DNA of 64,000 nt from Octopus vulgaris (Eukaryota), in contig OX597823.1 in assembly GCA_951406725.2 (NCBI GenBank), forward strand, positions 42,656,001 to 42,720,000, in the 5' to 3' direction. Positions 40,705 to 54,531 of this stretch are shown here, piece after piece (the stretch's first letter is position 1; each line of letters opens with the position of its first letter). The notes under the pieces were generated by a model. The model did no database searches and was not told the DNA's origin. It saw only the letters and a list, made by a program, of their open reading frames with translations. Both the position numbers and the translations under genes were made by a program.

Positions 40705-40710
<6 letters not shown>
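39110..40710 (+). mobile_element. Family-A SINE split by the ORF1-only element
   Basis: Head AGGAGTGGCTGTGTAGTAAGAAGCTTGCTTCC (to 39142) resumes at 40590 with CACCTGGTTCCGGGTTTAGACCCACTGCG...GAAGCCCG. Confidence 0.85.
39143..40589 (+). mobile_element. ORF1-only (gag-like, CCHC knuckle) non-LTR retroelement, pseudogenised
   Basis: A frameshifted ~390-codon ORF (39203-40406) contains YGTVIVHF, FLPTYLGRK and CFKCGKKGHIRAHC. A U-rich 3' UTR ending AATAAAGAAA follows. There is no EN/RT. Confidence 0.8.
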
Positions 40711-40747
<37 letters not shown>

Positions 40748-40840
40748 ACGACGGGCTTCTTATATATATGTATGTATGTGTGTGTGTGTGCGTATCTGTA
40801 CGTGTTTATGTATATATGCATATTCATACACACATATATG

Positions 40841-40929
<89 letters not shown>

Positions 40930-42429
40930 ATAGATAGATATACACGTTAGTAATGATCTGAAGGAATGAAATTCAACGAGGATAAATAATTCTTTGTAGT
41001 ATAATTTTATCAATACTTTAGCACCAGAGTATTCTTGTAGAAATAATCTTCATTTATTCAACCAAGTTTTGAAGTGCGAATGACATTCCACCATTAAATC
41101 GAACGGGAGTGTTTCATTAAATTCAATGGGGGAGTGAGATTCCTCCACCTTCGTACCCAGATTAAATAACTGCGAATTACCCCAACAAGAAACTAATGGT
41201 CTTAAGGTACGTGCACAATGCGATTAAAAATGTATACACACATGCATTTGCATACTCCCCACACATATACGTGCGCGCGTGTGTGTGTGTGTTTGAACCC
41301 AATTTATTGTACACGAACGGCTTTGGTAACAAGTCAGCTGCTTGACAAACATTTACAATATAAAGCCATGTGATGTCTTGAATGATCTAAACACTGAAAA
41401 CAGAAGATAGGAAATGCACTGTACCTGAGTTTAGTGAGTCCCTAAATTCTGCAAAGATTTCCAAATTATTCGATATAAAGAAAGAAGTTTTTCATTGACC
41501 AGGTGACGCGATAAAACATTGATGGATGAGCGCAGAGAAGAGACATAATTTTATGAATTATTTTCTGTCATCTATGGTTTTGTATTTTTAATTTCAATTT
41601 CATTGCATTAAAAAATATATTGAATATAGAATATTGAATATTGAATCAGCCACTAAAGGAAATGTCAATCAGAATTTGGAATTCTGGTATCACTGGATCA
41701 AGTACATCAATTTTATTAATTTAATTTGACTAAAGTCTGTAATTGCATTTTTTTTCTCAACTAAATTATTTAATAAATCATTGTCATTTTCAATTTTATT
41801 GCTTTCATCTTCTAGACTAACGAGAACATCACCTTAAATAACATACTACATACAATTAAATTGCAGTTACAGTCGATTGGGGAGGACTTCAGGAAGACAA
41901 AGATATCACAAACCGTAGTAGTAGTTTGGAGCCACAAGTTTGTGGCCTGTTTGGTATATCCTTGACCAAGTTTATTGTCCTGTTCGTTCACTAGAGACCA
42001 TTTTTCTGTTTTTGATAATGCTGTTGTTCTTCTTTAGCATAATAATGGTTTCAAATTTTGGCACGAAATCAGCAGTTGTGAGAGGAGCGGTTAAATCGAT
42101 TACTTCGTCATCATTGCTCAAAATGGTAGTACTTATTTTATCGACTCCGAAATGATGAAAGGCAAATTCAACCTCGGTGAATTTCAACCCAGAACGTAAA
42201 GAGGCAGGTCGATAACAGGATAATGTCCTCATTAACACAATACTTCAAATAGAAAAGAGAATCTACTCCTAAATTAGAAATGGTTCTTAATCGATTGATT
42301 ATCGAAGATGAAAGGGTAAAAGGAAAAAAATCGTCCCTGGTCAGATTCGAACTCAGAACATAAAGTGAAATATTTGTGTTTTATTTTTGTAAACTCGTCT
42401 CTCTCATAATTTGAACTGATCCACTCTAC

Positions 42430-43240
42430 AATGTGTTGCCTGAAGCGATGGGTGTCAAGAATAGATTTGCCGGGAATGACACAGGTTTGCGTATTACTGA
42501 CTACACAAGCGACGTTAAGCGTCGACCTCTTGACGAGTACCTGAGTTGAGCAGAGTTATAAACCTGACGTGTTCTTCTACATCGTCTCTTTTGAATCAGT
42601 TTTTAGTAACGATTCTACCTCCAACCCCCAACGGCTAACTCAGTTAGGATTGCTTCCAATCTGTTGCCTATTGCAGTAGAGGGCTGACAAGGCAAAAGCA
42701 AACAAGCCCAATCCTGACATTTTTCGCCTCTCATAGTTGCTCAACTCGTCTGCTATCTATTTCGTCTGCTGAAATCGACTTTGCATGCTTTTATGCCTCC
42801 CAGTCCGAGAGTGACCAGAAATCGTCGCGGTAAGCATCAATATCATCCATCTCCGGCCCCTCTAACATTAATGAGTTAGATGTTCCTAGAAATGTCTCTC
42901 GACATCTAAAGAAATCTGGTTTGCATACTCCAGTCGCGGGATAAACGACTACTAATTTGACGGTTTCGCCGTCACACTCGGCACTGCTCAGGTTTGGAAA
43001 AACCGATTTGCCGTCTAGTTCTAGAAAATCAAGCCTCGTTATCTTAATGTCCAGCCCTTCTGGAAATGGCACAAGGCCATTCGATCCAAGTCTTGCAGTC
43101 GTCTAGGAAGGCGAGAGGTTTTGTCTCAGAACTCCTGATTTCGATTGAGGCCACTACGTAAAATCGCTGTGATTTAACGTCATAGAGCAGGTTTCTCAGC
43201 TTCCATGCCAAACCTAAGCCATGTACATATACACTGACTG
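42430..43240 (-). mobile_element. Tx1/L1-like LINE APE endonuclease fragment, decayed
   Basis: VHGLGLAWKLRNLLYDVKS...VVASIE (NVRGL...QET-like) and LVVVYPATG...DFFRCRETFLGTS (VYAP region). Confidence 0.7.
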
Positions 43241-43723
43241 CTATTAGTAAAGCTATTTAAGGTGAAGAAAACAAAAATGCAGCGCAGTAGGTCACCTTAC
43301 TTAGTCATTTTTCGGTGTCTTTATTTGCTGGCTTTTGTTTCTTTAGTAGTTTTCATATATTTGATATTCTTGGTGTTGGTGCTGGTGTTGGTGCTGGTGG
43401 TAGTGGGGTAGAGATCTACTCTTGAACTGCACGTGTGTATGCTAAGAAAGCGTTTATTTTGCTTATTTTTTCTTTCCTACCGGTATTTTTGTTGTTATGA
43501 TTGTAGCTGATGAACCGGATAGTCACTGAGACGTCTCGATGTCCAGTAAAGTAATTTATCGTAAATATCCCATATCTTATGCTGTGCATTTGTGGTCCAT
43601 TCTTCTTGATCGTTTTATTCCTTTCAACAAGAAGTCAAAGCACTGATTATCAGTTGGAGTGTTGTGCATTCTCAGTGGTTAAGTATAGTGATTCATGAAA
43701 TAACATTGCCCTGAACATGTACT

Positions 43724-43768
<45 letters not shown>

Positions 43769-43830
43769 CCAATCAATCAACCAATCAATCAATAAATCGA
43801 TCAATCAGACTGTCTGTCGCTTTGCCTGTT

Positions 43831-43876
<46 letters not shown>

Positions 43877-44952
43877 TACAGAGAAAGAGAGGTGCATACG
43901 CCTACATTCATGCCTACACACCTAACTGTGCATGTATGTAAGTATGTATGTATGTATGTATGTATGTATGTATGTATGCATGCATGCATGCATGCATATC
44001 TGTATGTATGTATGTATGTATGTATGTATGTATGCATGTATGTATGTATGTATGTATGCATGCATGTATGTATGTATGTATGTATGTATGTATGTATGCA
44101 TGTATGTATGTATGTATGTATGCATGTATGTATGCATGTATGTATGTGAATATCAGAATTGATTCAATTCACCTCAAAAGTTCACTCTTATACGTCGACA
44201 AAACATCGACAAACGGAACGCAATGAAAATAAATCAATATTAGTGACTCAGAACAGAAACAGCTGCACCAAGAAATACAAATCCTAGTTGTTAGCGAACA
44301 TCTACGAACGCACAGCACATAATATTTTATGAAGCAAGTCAGCTTCTGTTTGTTCTGTTCATGTGGCAAGAATTAGTATCGTATTCTCTTGGTTATGGCT
44401 TATCGCCAGTGTACCAGACTTCAAAAGATAAGAACTGGGATCGATTTGTTCGACTAAGCCCTTCAAGGGGTTCGAGAACCAAAAGTTCGTACTTATTTGA
44501 ATTGGTGGCGTTTAAACACGTGATTTCGTTTCTCATGCTACAGAAGCATAAGACATATCTTTTACCTTGTAATTGTCTCAGGCGTCAGACAGCGGTGAGG
44601 CTGGGGCATCACTATAAAGAATTTTTGGTCGAATGAATCGACTCACAGTACTTTTTTAAAGCCAGGTACTTATTCTATCATACACTTTTGCCGAACCGCT
44701 GAGTTACAGGGACATAAACACACCATCACTGGTTGTCAAGCGATGGTGCGGGTCAAACACAGACACAAAGACACATATATACATATATACATAATACATA
44801 AATACATACATACATAAAGGAAAATGGACGTTAAACGATGATGATGACGTATATATATATATATATATATATATATTTAATTATTTGAGGGAATATTATT
44901 CCTAACTTACAGGGAAAACTTCAATTTAGAAATACTAAATCAAATTTCACAA

Positions 44953-44995
<43 letters not shown>

Positions 44996-44998
<3 letters not shown>

Positions 44999-45372
44999 AT
45001 ATAAACGGCAGTTTGTCTGTGTGTGTTTCTGTGTGTCTGTTTGGTTGTACCCTCACTCTGACCACGGCTTTCAACCGATTCTGATGAAACTTGACACACA
45101 CATAGCCCAATGTCATAATTCAAAACTAACGCAGCGAAAATTTTGAAAAGTTCCCCCAGTTCTGAAAAAATCGATAAATTCGACATGGGGTCGAGAATCA
45201 GAAACACAAACCACAGACTGTCTAGGGGACGCAACTCCACCTTTTTAACTCTCAAAAAAAATTTACCATCATTTTTTTCCCATTTTTTTGCTATATTTTG
45301 GCTATAACTATCTAAAAATGCTTTATAGTTATTTCCCTTACAAACCCGAGCAACGCCGGGCGATACTGCTAG
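44996..45372 (+). mobile_element. Non-autonomous Helitron
   Basis: A|TC 5' end, subterminal hairpin CCCGAGCAACGCCGGG (45345-45360), CTAG|T 3' end. There is no TSD and it is inserted in (AT)n. Confidence 0.88.
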
Positions 45373-45553
45373 TATATATATAAATTAGAAAAAAACCCAC
45401 CTTTTATCAATTCAAAATGAACAATTAAATTACACCATCTAGAAAATTACATATAATAGAAATATTAAAATTAAAAAAATAATGTACCGAAGATTAAGTA
45501 AATTGCAAAAAACAAATAATAAAAACGTGTGTATATATATATATAATAAAAAC

Positions 45554-45589
<36 letters not shown>

Positions 45590-45743
45590 CTTTTATTTAT
45601 TTCGGTCATTTGACTGCTATCAGGACTTATTCTTTGTAAGCTTAGTACTTATACGGGGACGTTTAACACACCAACAACGGTTGTCAAGCGATAGTAGGGG
45701 GGGGGGGGCAAACACAGACTCACAAACACACACACATATATGT

Positions 45744-45788
<45 letters not shown>

Positions 45789-46803
45789 CGGTATATTGAA
45801 AACATTACGTTATATAATTATATAACGTAATGTTTTAAATATACCGTAAATGGTCTTTTTACATACTGAACACTGCTTGGTAAAATTAATTAATAATTAA
45901 TGAAGGGTAAAATTAATTAATAATTAATTAATTTTACCCTTTTATTATTGATAATATAATTTTCTCTCCCTGATATCAAACTACAGTTCTCTCTGTAGGA
46001 ATGTGTTGCTCTATAACTCACGTGGGTGGAAAGGGTAAGAATGCAAAGCCTCATTTGTACTTTATGAATTCGTTAGTACTAGCGGTCGAAGATGGTTTGT
46101 CTGGGATTACTCATATCAGACGGGTATATTCGATTTTTAGTGCTCTCAAATCCAAATCAAAAGAAATCTTTGAGCTGACGAAGGAAATGTTGATCTTTAT
46201 ATTCAACTAATCCAGAAACGGCCGTTCTCAAGTAATCTTATGTACGTGTGATCTTTCGTTATTTTTCCCTCTATACCCGTGTGAATTATTTTTGAGTATG
46301 CATTGTCTGGGAGACTGGGAGATTTTTCTTATAGTAGAAGAAATAGATTTTTTGGCTGCTATTTCTAAAAGTTCGGTGTGTGGTAAAGTAAATTATTTTA
46401 CTGAACCCTAATTATATAACGTAATGTTTTAAATATACCGTAAATGGTCTTTTTACATACTGAACACTGCTTGGTAAAATTAATAAATAATTAATTAATT
46501 TTACCCTTTTATTATATATATATATATTCATTTTATTTTTCATTTTATCTAGTTTCAGCTCACGAGCTCTGGCCATGCTGGGGCACCGCCAGGAGATGTA
46601 CATGCATAGCGAGTGACTTGATCTGAGATCGTGTGCTGGAACGAAAACAATTGCAGCGTAGAAGGTGTTTATAAGCCATTTAAGAAACACACAAAATCCG
46701 TTAGATTCACTTCAACATTTAAATTTAATTTGTCAAAATATTTTCGTCGCTTTGAGACCACGACCTGTTCACTGACAAAACTTCAGTACGAAGTTTTGTC
46801 AGT

Positions 46804-47272
46804 GAAATCTATGTCTATAGATGGTTAGAGTGAAATTACATCCATACTACCCACTATACAACCCGTGAGGTCGTTGGTGTGGTTGCAAGTACTGATTTTA
46901 CTGAGGAGATCTTCCGTACTCAGACAGACATCCGGAGACATCTCTATGAGAGGTCGCAATACTTGTGAGAGGAAGTAGGACAGTCTATATTTGCTGGAGA
47001 TGTTCACTCCGCAAAATGGTCTGGTTGGGGGCCCTGCGACAGGGTTTATGTAGGGTTTGTGGTCTTTGCATAACCCGTATAGTGTAGGAACATCATTGTT
47101 GTGTGCCGTCCTTTTTGTAGGTTGGAGTATGTTGCACCACATTCCCATGTGTGCATTGAGGAGTTTTTCTACTCTTTCATGTTCTTGTGGTGCAACTTCT
47201 CTCATGCTACTGATATGTTGTTTCATGGTCTGGACATAGTTCTGTGGGCTATCTACTGATAGTCTGCCAGAC
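46804..47272 (-). mobile_element. Penelope-like reverse transcriptase fragment
   Basis: SGRLSVDSPQNY...PTLYGLCKDHK...PPTRPFC...LSYFLSQVLRP...STEDLL...GSMDVISL*PSID, covering PLE RT motifs 1, 2 and A. Confidence 0.85.
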
Positions 47273-47861
47273 TAATTTTTTTATATTTTTTAATTTTTTA
47301 TTTCTGTATGTAAATAAACAGATGAATATACAGACGGATAGGTATATAGACTATACGAACAGACACATATGAAGACACGGATCCACACATATAAAGATGC
47401 ACACCCATACATACAAACATGGTACATAGTTACATAACACACACAAACACACACACAGATATGCACACATAAGGAGACAGAGGTGCATATATATATACAA
47501 ACACATGCTCACACACACATACATAGAAAATACACAAACACGGACAGGCAAGCACATAAATATGCAGGATATGTACATACAGATGCACACACATACATAC
47601 ATATGCATACACACATACATACGTACATGCATGCATGTATAGGCACACACACACACACACACACACTGACCCACACACATGCGCACAAACAAACAAAAGG
47701 GAACGCAGTGTAAGTAACGGACAGAGTCAAGCCTATTGAAAAGGTTGTAACAAGCAACGAAAGTTTTAGAAAATAAAAATAAGAAATAAGTGGAAATTTT
47801 ACCGGTGAGTGTGTTAAATAATAAGGCACTAAAAGAGAATGACTCTCCCCAGACACAACAG

Positions 47862-48525
<664 letters not shown>

Positions 48526-48888
48526 AGGTGTATGACGACGATTATACAACCACTTCCTTCGTACTTATGGCAAACACTTTCAAGATAAGCAAAGCTGCCT
48601 TGCACTATTGTGCACAAAATTGCTCCTGCATGAACACATAATAAATTTTGATATATATATAGGAAAGGTTTCATATGAGCAAACATAGACCAAGCGCTCG
48701 GTAAACAACACCGTAATAAACGCATAAGCTATTAAAATATGTCTCATAGCAACAACAAGAAAAATCGCAGCTCACTTTGCAAATACGCCACTAGAATATA
48801 TTCACATAAAACGCATGCACACACAAACAGATACACACATAAATACACACACACTCAAACACACATACACACAAACAGACAAACGCAC

Positions 48889-48931
<43 letters not shown>

Positions 48932-49260
48932 GTCTATCTATCTCCCTTTCCAGATACTCAGATGTCGACACACGTATCCTCTAATAAAGGTATTTCACTG
49001 AAAGCCTTAGTTTACGTGCTTGAATGAATAGGTGGTAAAGAAGTACGCTTTGCAACCACTTGGTTTCGTGTTCGGTCTCACTGCGCAGCTCCTCAGCTAT
49101 TGTTTCATACTATATCACTGGGCCGACTGATACTTTGTGAGTGAATGAATTTGGTAGACGGTAACTACGTAGAAATACGTCAAATATGTATATGTATGTG
49201 TCTATGCGTGTGCGCGCGCGCGTATGTGTGTGAGTATGTGTGTGGGGTAGGAACGGGTGT

Positions 49261-49497
49261 AGACATAATAATGAAGAATGAACAGTTATACATCTTAAAA
49301 CTTTATGTATTAAAAAGCATTTTCTTCATATCATATTCCGACATATGTTTCTGTTGCCTTAGTGGTCCTTTCATATAATCCAGCAAACTATAAGATATAT
49401 TCAGTAGAAACACGTGTCGGAATGTAAGACGAAGAAAATACTTTTTAATAAATAAGCTTTGAAGATATGTAACTCTCCGTTCTTCACTGTTATGTCT
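49261..49497. mobile_element. Palindromic element with ~90-bp inverted arms
   Basis: AGACATAATAATGAAGAA...CCGACATATGTTTCT pairs with AGAAACACGTGTCGG...TTCTTCACTGTTATGTCT. Confidence 0.75.
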
Positions 49498-49850
49498 TGA
49501 TAATATACTATGAATTTTACATGAAATACATTGAAATGCAATTGGGATTTACCAATAGAAAGGCGTAAAGTTACTTATTCTGAACGATTCTAAATGTGAC
49601 CTATCATTCGATATTGTTAGCCAAGTCTGGATTTTGTCAGAGTGCTCATGAAGTACTTGACTGGATTTAAAATTTCATTTCGTTTACACACACATATACA
49701 CATGCACACGCACACACACACACATACATACAAGTATGCATATATATACATGTGTGTATATATGTGTATACATATATATATATATGTGCATATATGTATA
49801 TATATATATATGTGCATATATGTTATATATATATATATATATATATATGA

Positions 49851-49941
<91 letters not shown>

Positions 49942-52245
49942 TACTTATCCGTAATTAATAAAGGTCACAAAAATGATAGAGGGTAGTGGCTAGCTCCGCT
50001 TTTGGTAAAGATAAGAGTTAAACCAACTCAAAGGCACAAACGCACTGTCTTAAATGACTGACAAAGGGTGGTAAGCCTCCCAGCGTACATAGCCGGATCG
50101 CTATTATGAAAATTAAAAAGGGTGGTTTATTAGCAATAAGAACCTAAAAGCGAAATTAATAGGAATCACAAAGTTAGTTTAACTTTTATCTTTACTGACC
50201 TCTATTAATTGCGCTTTTAGGTGCAAATTACTAATAAGCCATATATATATATATATGAAGTTTTATCTGAAATACCTGTACCTTTGAGGCACTATTTATT
50301 TGTAGAATATTCTTTCTTAAATGTGATTGAAGTTTGTGCGTGTTTGCATATGTGTGTCTGTGTGTTCGTGAACATATATTTATACGTGAGCACGTGCGTT
50401 TGTCTGTTTACGTGTTACGTCTCCAAAACGTAGCGGTTCAGCAGAAAAATAAGTACCAGACTGAAAAATACGTTTTTGGTGTCGATAATACATTTGAAAC
50501 ACAAGACAAATGCTGAAAGCTGTAATAGGTGTTTGCAAGAGCAAAATAGTGATTCGACCTGCCCATTCTTTCAAAGTTGTCTACCTTGCTGTAAAATTAC
50601 AAGTTCAAGTTTTATAACGAGTTGATAACTTAGTAATCACCAGATGATAAACAAAAGCGTCTTCTCGGGGGAAAAAGAAAACATGGCGAAAACAACAGGA
50701 TATATTAACAAAGTTCCGGTTCCTGATGGTGTCTACAGGTGTATGTTTATGCGTGTGTGCTACTGTTCATCCCCACCTCTGTATGTGTGTATGTGCGTTT
50801 CTGTTTAATTGTACATACTAATGTATGAATGCTTATAATGCATATTTTATGCTTGTGTGCGCAGTATATATGAATGTATGCGTGTGTATAGACAGAATTA
50901 CACACATATATTTACACCTATGAATGTATACAGAAATACTTCAACATACACATATATATTAATCTATATAGGTATATATACAGACACTGATGCACACGCA
51001 CGTGCTCAGACACACACACCCACACACATGTATGTCTGTATGTATGTATGTATGCATGTATGTATGTATGTAATTTGTGCATTGTGTAGCTAGCAGGCTG
51101 TAAATGAATTCAATGATTAATTGCTATTGCCAACGAATCTGCTGGAAACACGTGGTGGTGGTTATTGATATTCCTAATAAATAACATTACTCGCTGACAT
51201 TTGCACTGCTCTCAGCTTTACACATTTTACACGTGACGTTGGAGACAGTAGGGAGACGACTTGGTTGCTTTTCTGTTTCCTTGCCCGTGTTTCATTGCTC
51301 TGAGGTCAAATCCTGTTGACGTTGACATTGGATATCATACTTTTCGGATCAATATAAAACGCTATCATCGATTCCTTTATGACTTAGAATTAAAGTATAT
51401 TGTAGCAATGCAGTACTATTGCTGTTCGATGATTATATCACGGGTGCTTTTATTTCGTTTCACTCGATCCGTTGTTGACTTCTACAAGGAGAAAAGTGTT
51501 AGCTGCAGGAAATCCAAGGATAGACCTAGAGTGAAGGTGTTTGAGAATATTCATAATCTCAGTTGGTGGCGCTTGTGCAGTGTAATGATGGTTGCTTTTG
51601 ATAGAACCATTTGGAGGAGGTGCACGAATACTTTACTTCTGCGATCCTCCTAGGAATAGTGAGTGGAAGAAATGGATGGATGTTTAGAAATAGTAAGACG
51701 AAGGCAGACTGCAATGGTCGCCCCCAGAGCTATAGCAGAAGATACCTGCTCAAGGTGCCATGCAGCAGGACTGAACTCGATGCCATGTGGTTACAAAATG
51801 AGCTTTTTAACTGCATAGCCATTCCTGCGTGCTTGCATGTATCCGCGCGCGCAGGTACTCCCTTATATTTTACAAAAACTCTACTAAGATTTTACAACAA
51901 AGATTCCATTCATCCGTTCTTCAAAATTGTACACGACTGTTCTGCAGACAGTGTCATGGAACGAGAGAAAAATAAAGAAGGATGCTAGACAAATCTGTTT
52001 GCTCTCGTATTTAAGGGTTATTACATCTTATAAAGAACAATTTCATGCTTTAGACGTCGGGGATGTATGATTGAATACAAATTAATTACTTTTTCAAGCA
52101 CATTTCATCAATATTTCTGCCATCATACACCAGAAATGATATACGCTGTTTATTATCAGCAACGATATTCACATAGAATATACACACGCAGACACACACA
52201 TGCACACACAAACGGAAACGCTCACATAAACACACATGTATTATG

Positions 52246-52293
<48 letters not shown>

Positions 52294-53315
52294 CATATAT
52301 ACATATTGCCTGTGAGCTTATACGCTTACATGCACGCAAAGACAGACATGCACACACACAGACACACAGAGACAAATACACACACGCACACCCGTGCACA
52401 CACATACACACGCACGCAAACACACACATACGCACACACACACACGCACAAACAGGCACACATATACAGATGCGCTTAGACATTATACGTTCAGGCGCAT
52501 ATAAATAGAGATTAATCAAAATGAAAGAATATTCATTTTCATTTCGGAGTAGGATTTCTCCCTTGGAAGTTGAAATTATTCTAAATGAGTTAAACCTCAT
52601 ATGGAATGATCAGGTGTTCATAGTGAATTTGAAATAAGCGAGAAGAGGCAATTTCTACTTATTGGAGAATGTGTATGAACAATATTGTAATTGGGAATTT
52701 TGCTGAGATATTTTAAAAATAAAATGTATTTATATATCATATTCTAAAATATGCTGCATATATTTTGTCTTGCACACTGCTATATCTAACAAACGGCTAC
52801 TTTTTAATTTATTCATAGTGTCGTAGTGTCAGAGAAAGAAAATAGTTTTAGTTAGGAGAAATAGTTTTAGGAAGGAGAGAATAAAAAAAACCCACCGGTA
52901 TAGGGGAAACTTGCCGGGCTGTAGAAAACCTCTGTGTGTGTAATTGTTAGAGTATGAGACTAGAATCGCCATCTGTGTATTATACTATATGCATACATAC
53001 AGTTAAAAGGCATGGGTCTATAAAATTGTCTAAGATAAAAATCCTTTCATAGATTTGTTGCGTTAAAACCCCAATATATAATATATATATATAGTAAACA
53101 AAGTTTGGAAGCGCCGAAGTGTTGCTATTTTACAGACAAGAATGTAAATTTCATAGTTATACTGCAAGGCATGGATCTATGGACTTGTCTGTGATAAAAT
53201 TTCAGGCATATATATATATATATTTAAGAAATATTTGAGATTTAGTTGAATTAGATACTTGAGTTGAAGCACCATCTCAGTCCGGTATTATCCTCCCTGA
53301 TCGAAGTAGGGTGAG

Positions 53316-53819
53316 TAAAATCAAAATAAGCAACAGGATATGAAGTAGTGATGCAGTACGACCGTTTCAAGCGGCTCCATCTACTTGAACAATGCAATCA
53401 TTACATAAATTTAAATGCAGTGCCATCTTCAGCTGCACAAATAAATAGATAGAATTTTAATCAGTAGGACACATTAATATAATTTTAACCTACTGGTTAA
53501 AATTCTACAATATACATATTGCCTGTGAGCTTATACGCTCACATGTACGCAGAGACAGACATGCACACACACAGACACACACAGACAAATACACACACAC
53601 GCACATCCGCGCACACACATACACACGCACGCACACACACACACACACACACGCACAAACACGCACACATATATAGATGCGCTTAGACATTATACGTTCA
53701 GGCGCATATAGATAGAGATTAATCAAAATGAAAGAATATTCATTGTTCTAGTAAATGGAGCCGCTTGAAACGGTCGTACTCCATCATTACTTGATATCCT
53801 GTTGCTTATTTAGATTTTA
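53316..53819. mobile_element. Palindromic element (79-bp arms) with a captured copy of upstream DNA
   Basis: 53316-53394 is the reverse complement of 53741-53819. An inner palindrome lies at 53451-53506. Confidence 0.75.
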
Positions 53820-53876
53820 AATATATATATATATATATATATAAATGCATATATATATATATATAAATGCATATAT

Positions 53877-54531
53877 ACGGTCACCCCATAAAGAACGCGG
53901 TTTTTTCAGTTGCATGATGTTGGAGGGGGTCGGGATAAACTACCTGCATCAACTTGCTATAAAAGAGGTTAGAAATTTTACCTTATAATTATTCTCTTAG
54001 TGCAAGTTTTGAAGAGTACAGTTCGATTTTAACGGTTATTGTTTCAAAGCTATAATGGAAGCGACAAGGGAGCATATTTGGCAACTTTTGCTTTATGAGT
54101 TCAATAAAGGCAACAACAGAACGGAAAACGACCATCTTTGGTTTCAAGATGAAAGGTGTTCTTCCATCAGGATAATGCTCGGCCACATACAGCGAGGATG
54201 ACATCCCAAAGGCTGGAGCAGTTTGAATGGGAAACGATGCCTCACTCATCAAATTCGCCGGACATTTCACCACCTGGTTATCAATTCTACAGTCTTCAAA
54301 ACCATTTGGACAGAAAATATATGAATTCTGTAGAGGAGGTCGGAATAGTACTGGAGGAATATTTTTCGTGACGGACAAGTGAATTTTGAAAGAGAGTCCA
54401 CCGGATAGGTGGAAGAGCATTGTAGAAAACGAAGGAGAGTATATTTTAAATTTTAAAAGAACTTTGTTTATCTTAATTTTGAAAAGTAATAGAAGTATTA
54501 AAAAAAAACGCATATCGGAATGGGACAAACG
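53877..54531 (+). mobile_element. Internally deleted mariner element
   Basis: Imperfect TIRs. MEATREHIWQLLLYEFNKG (ATG 54055) is joined to FFHQDNARPHT...PHSSNSPDISPPGY. Confidence 0.9.
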
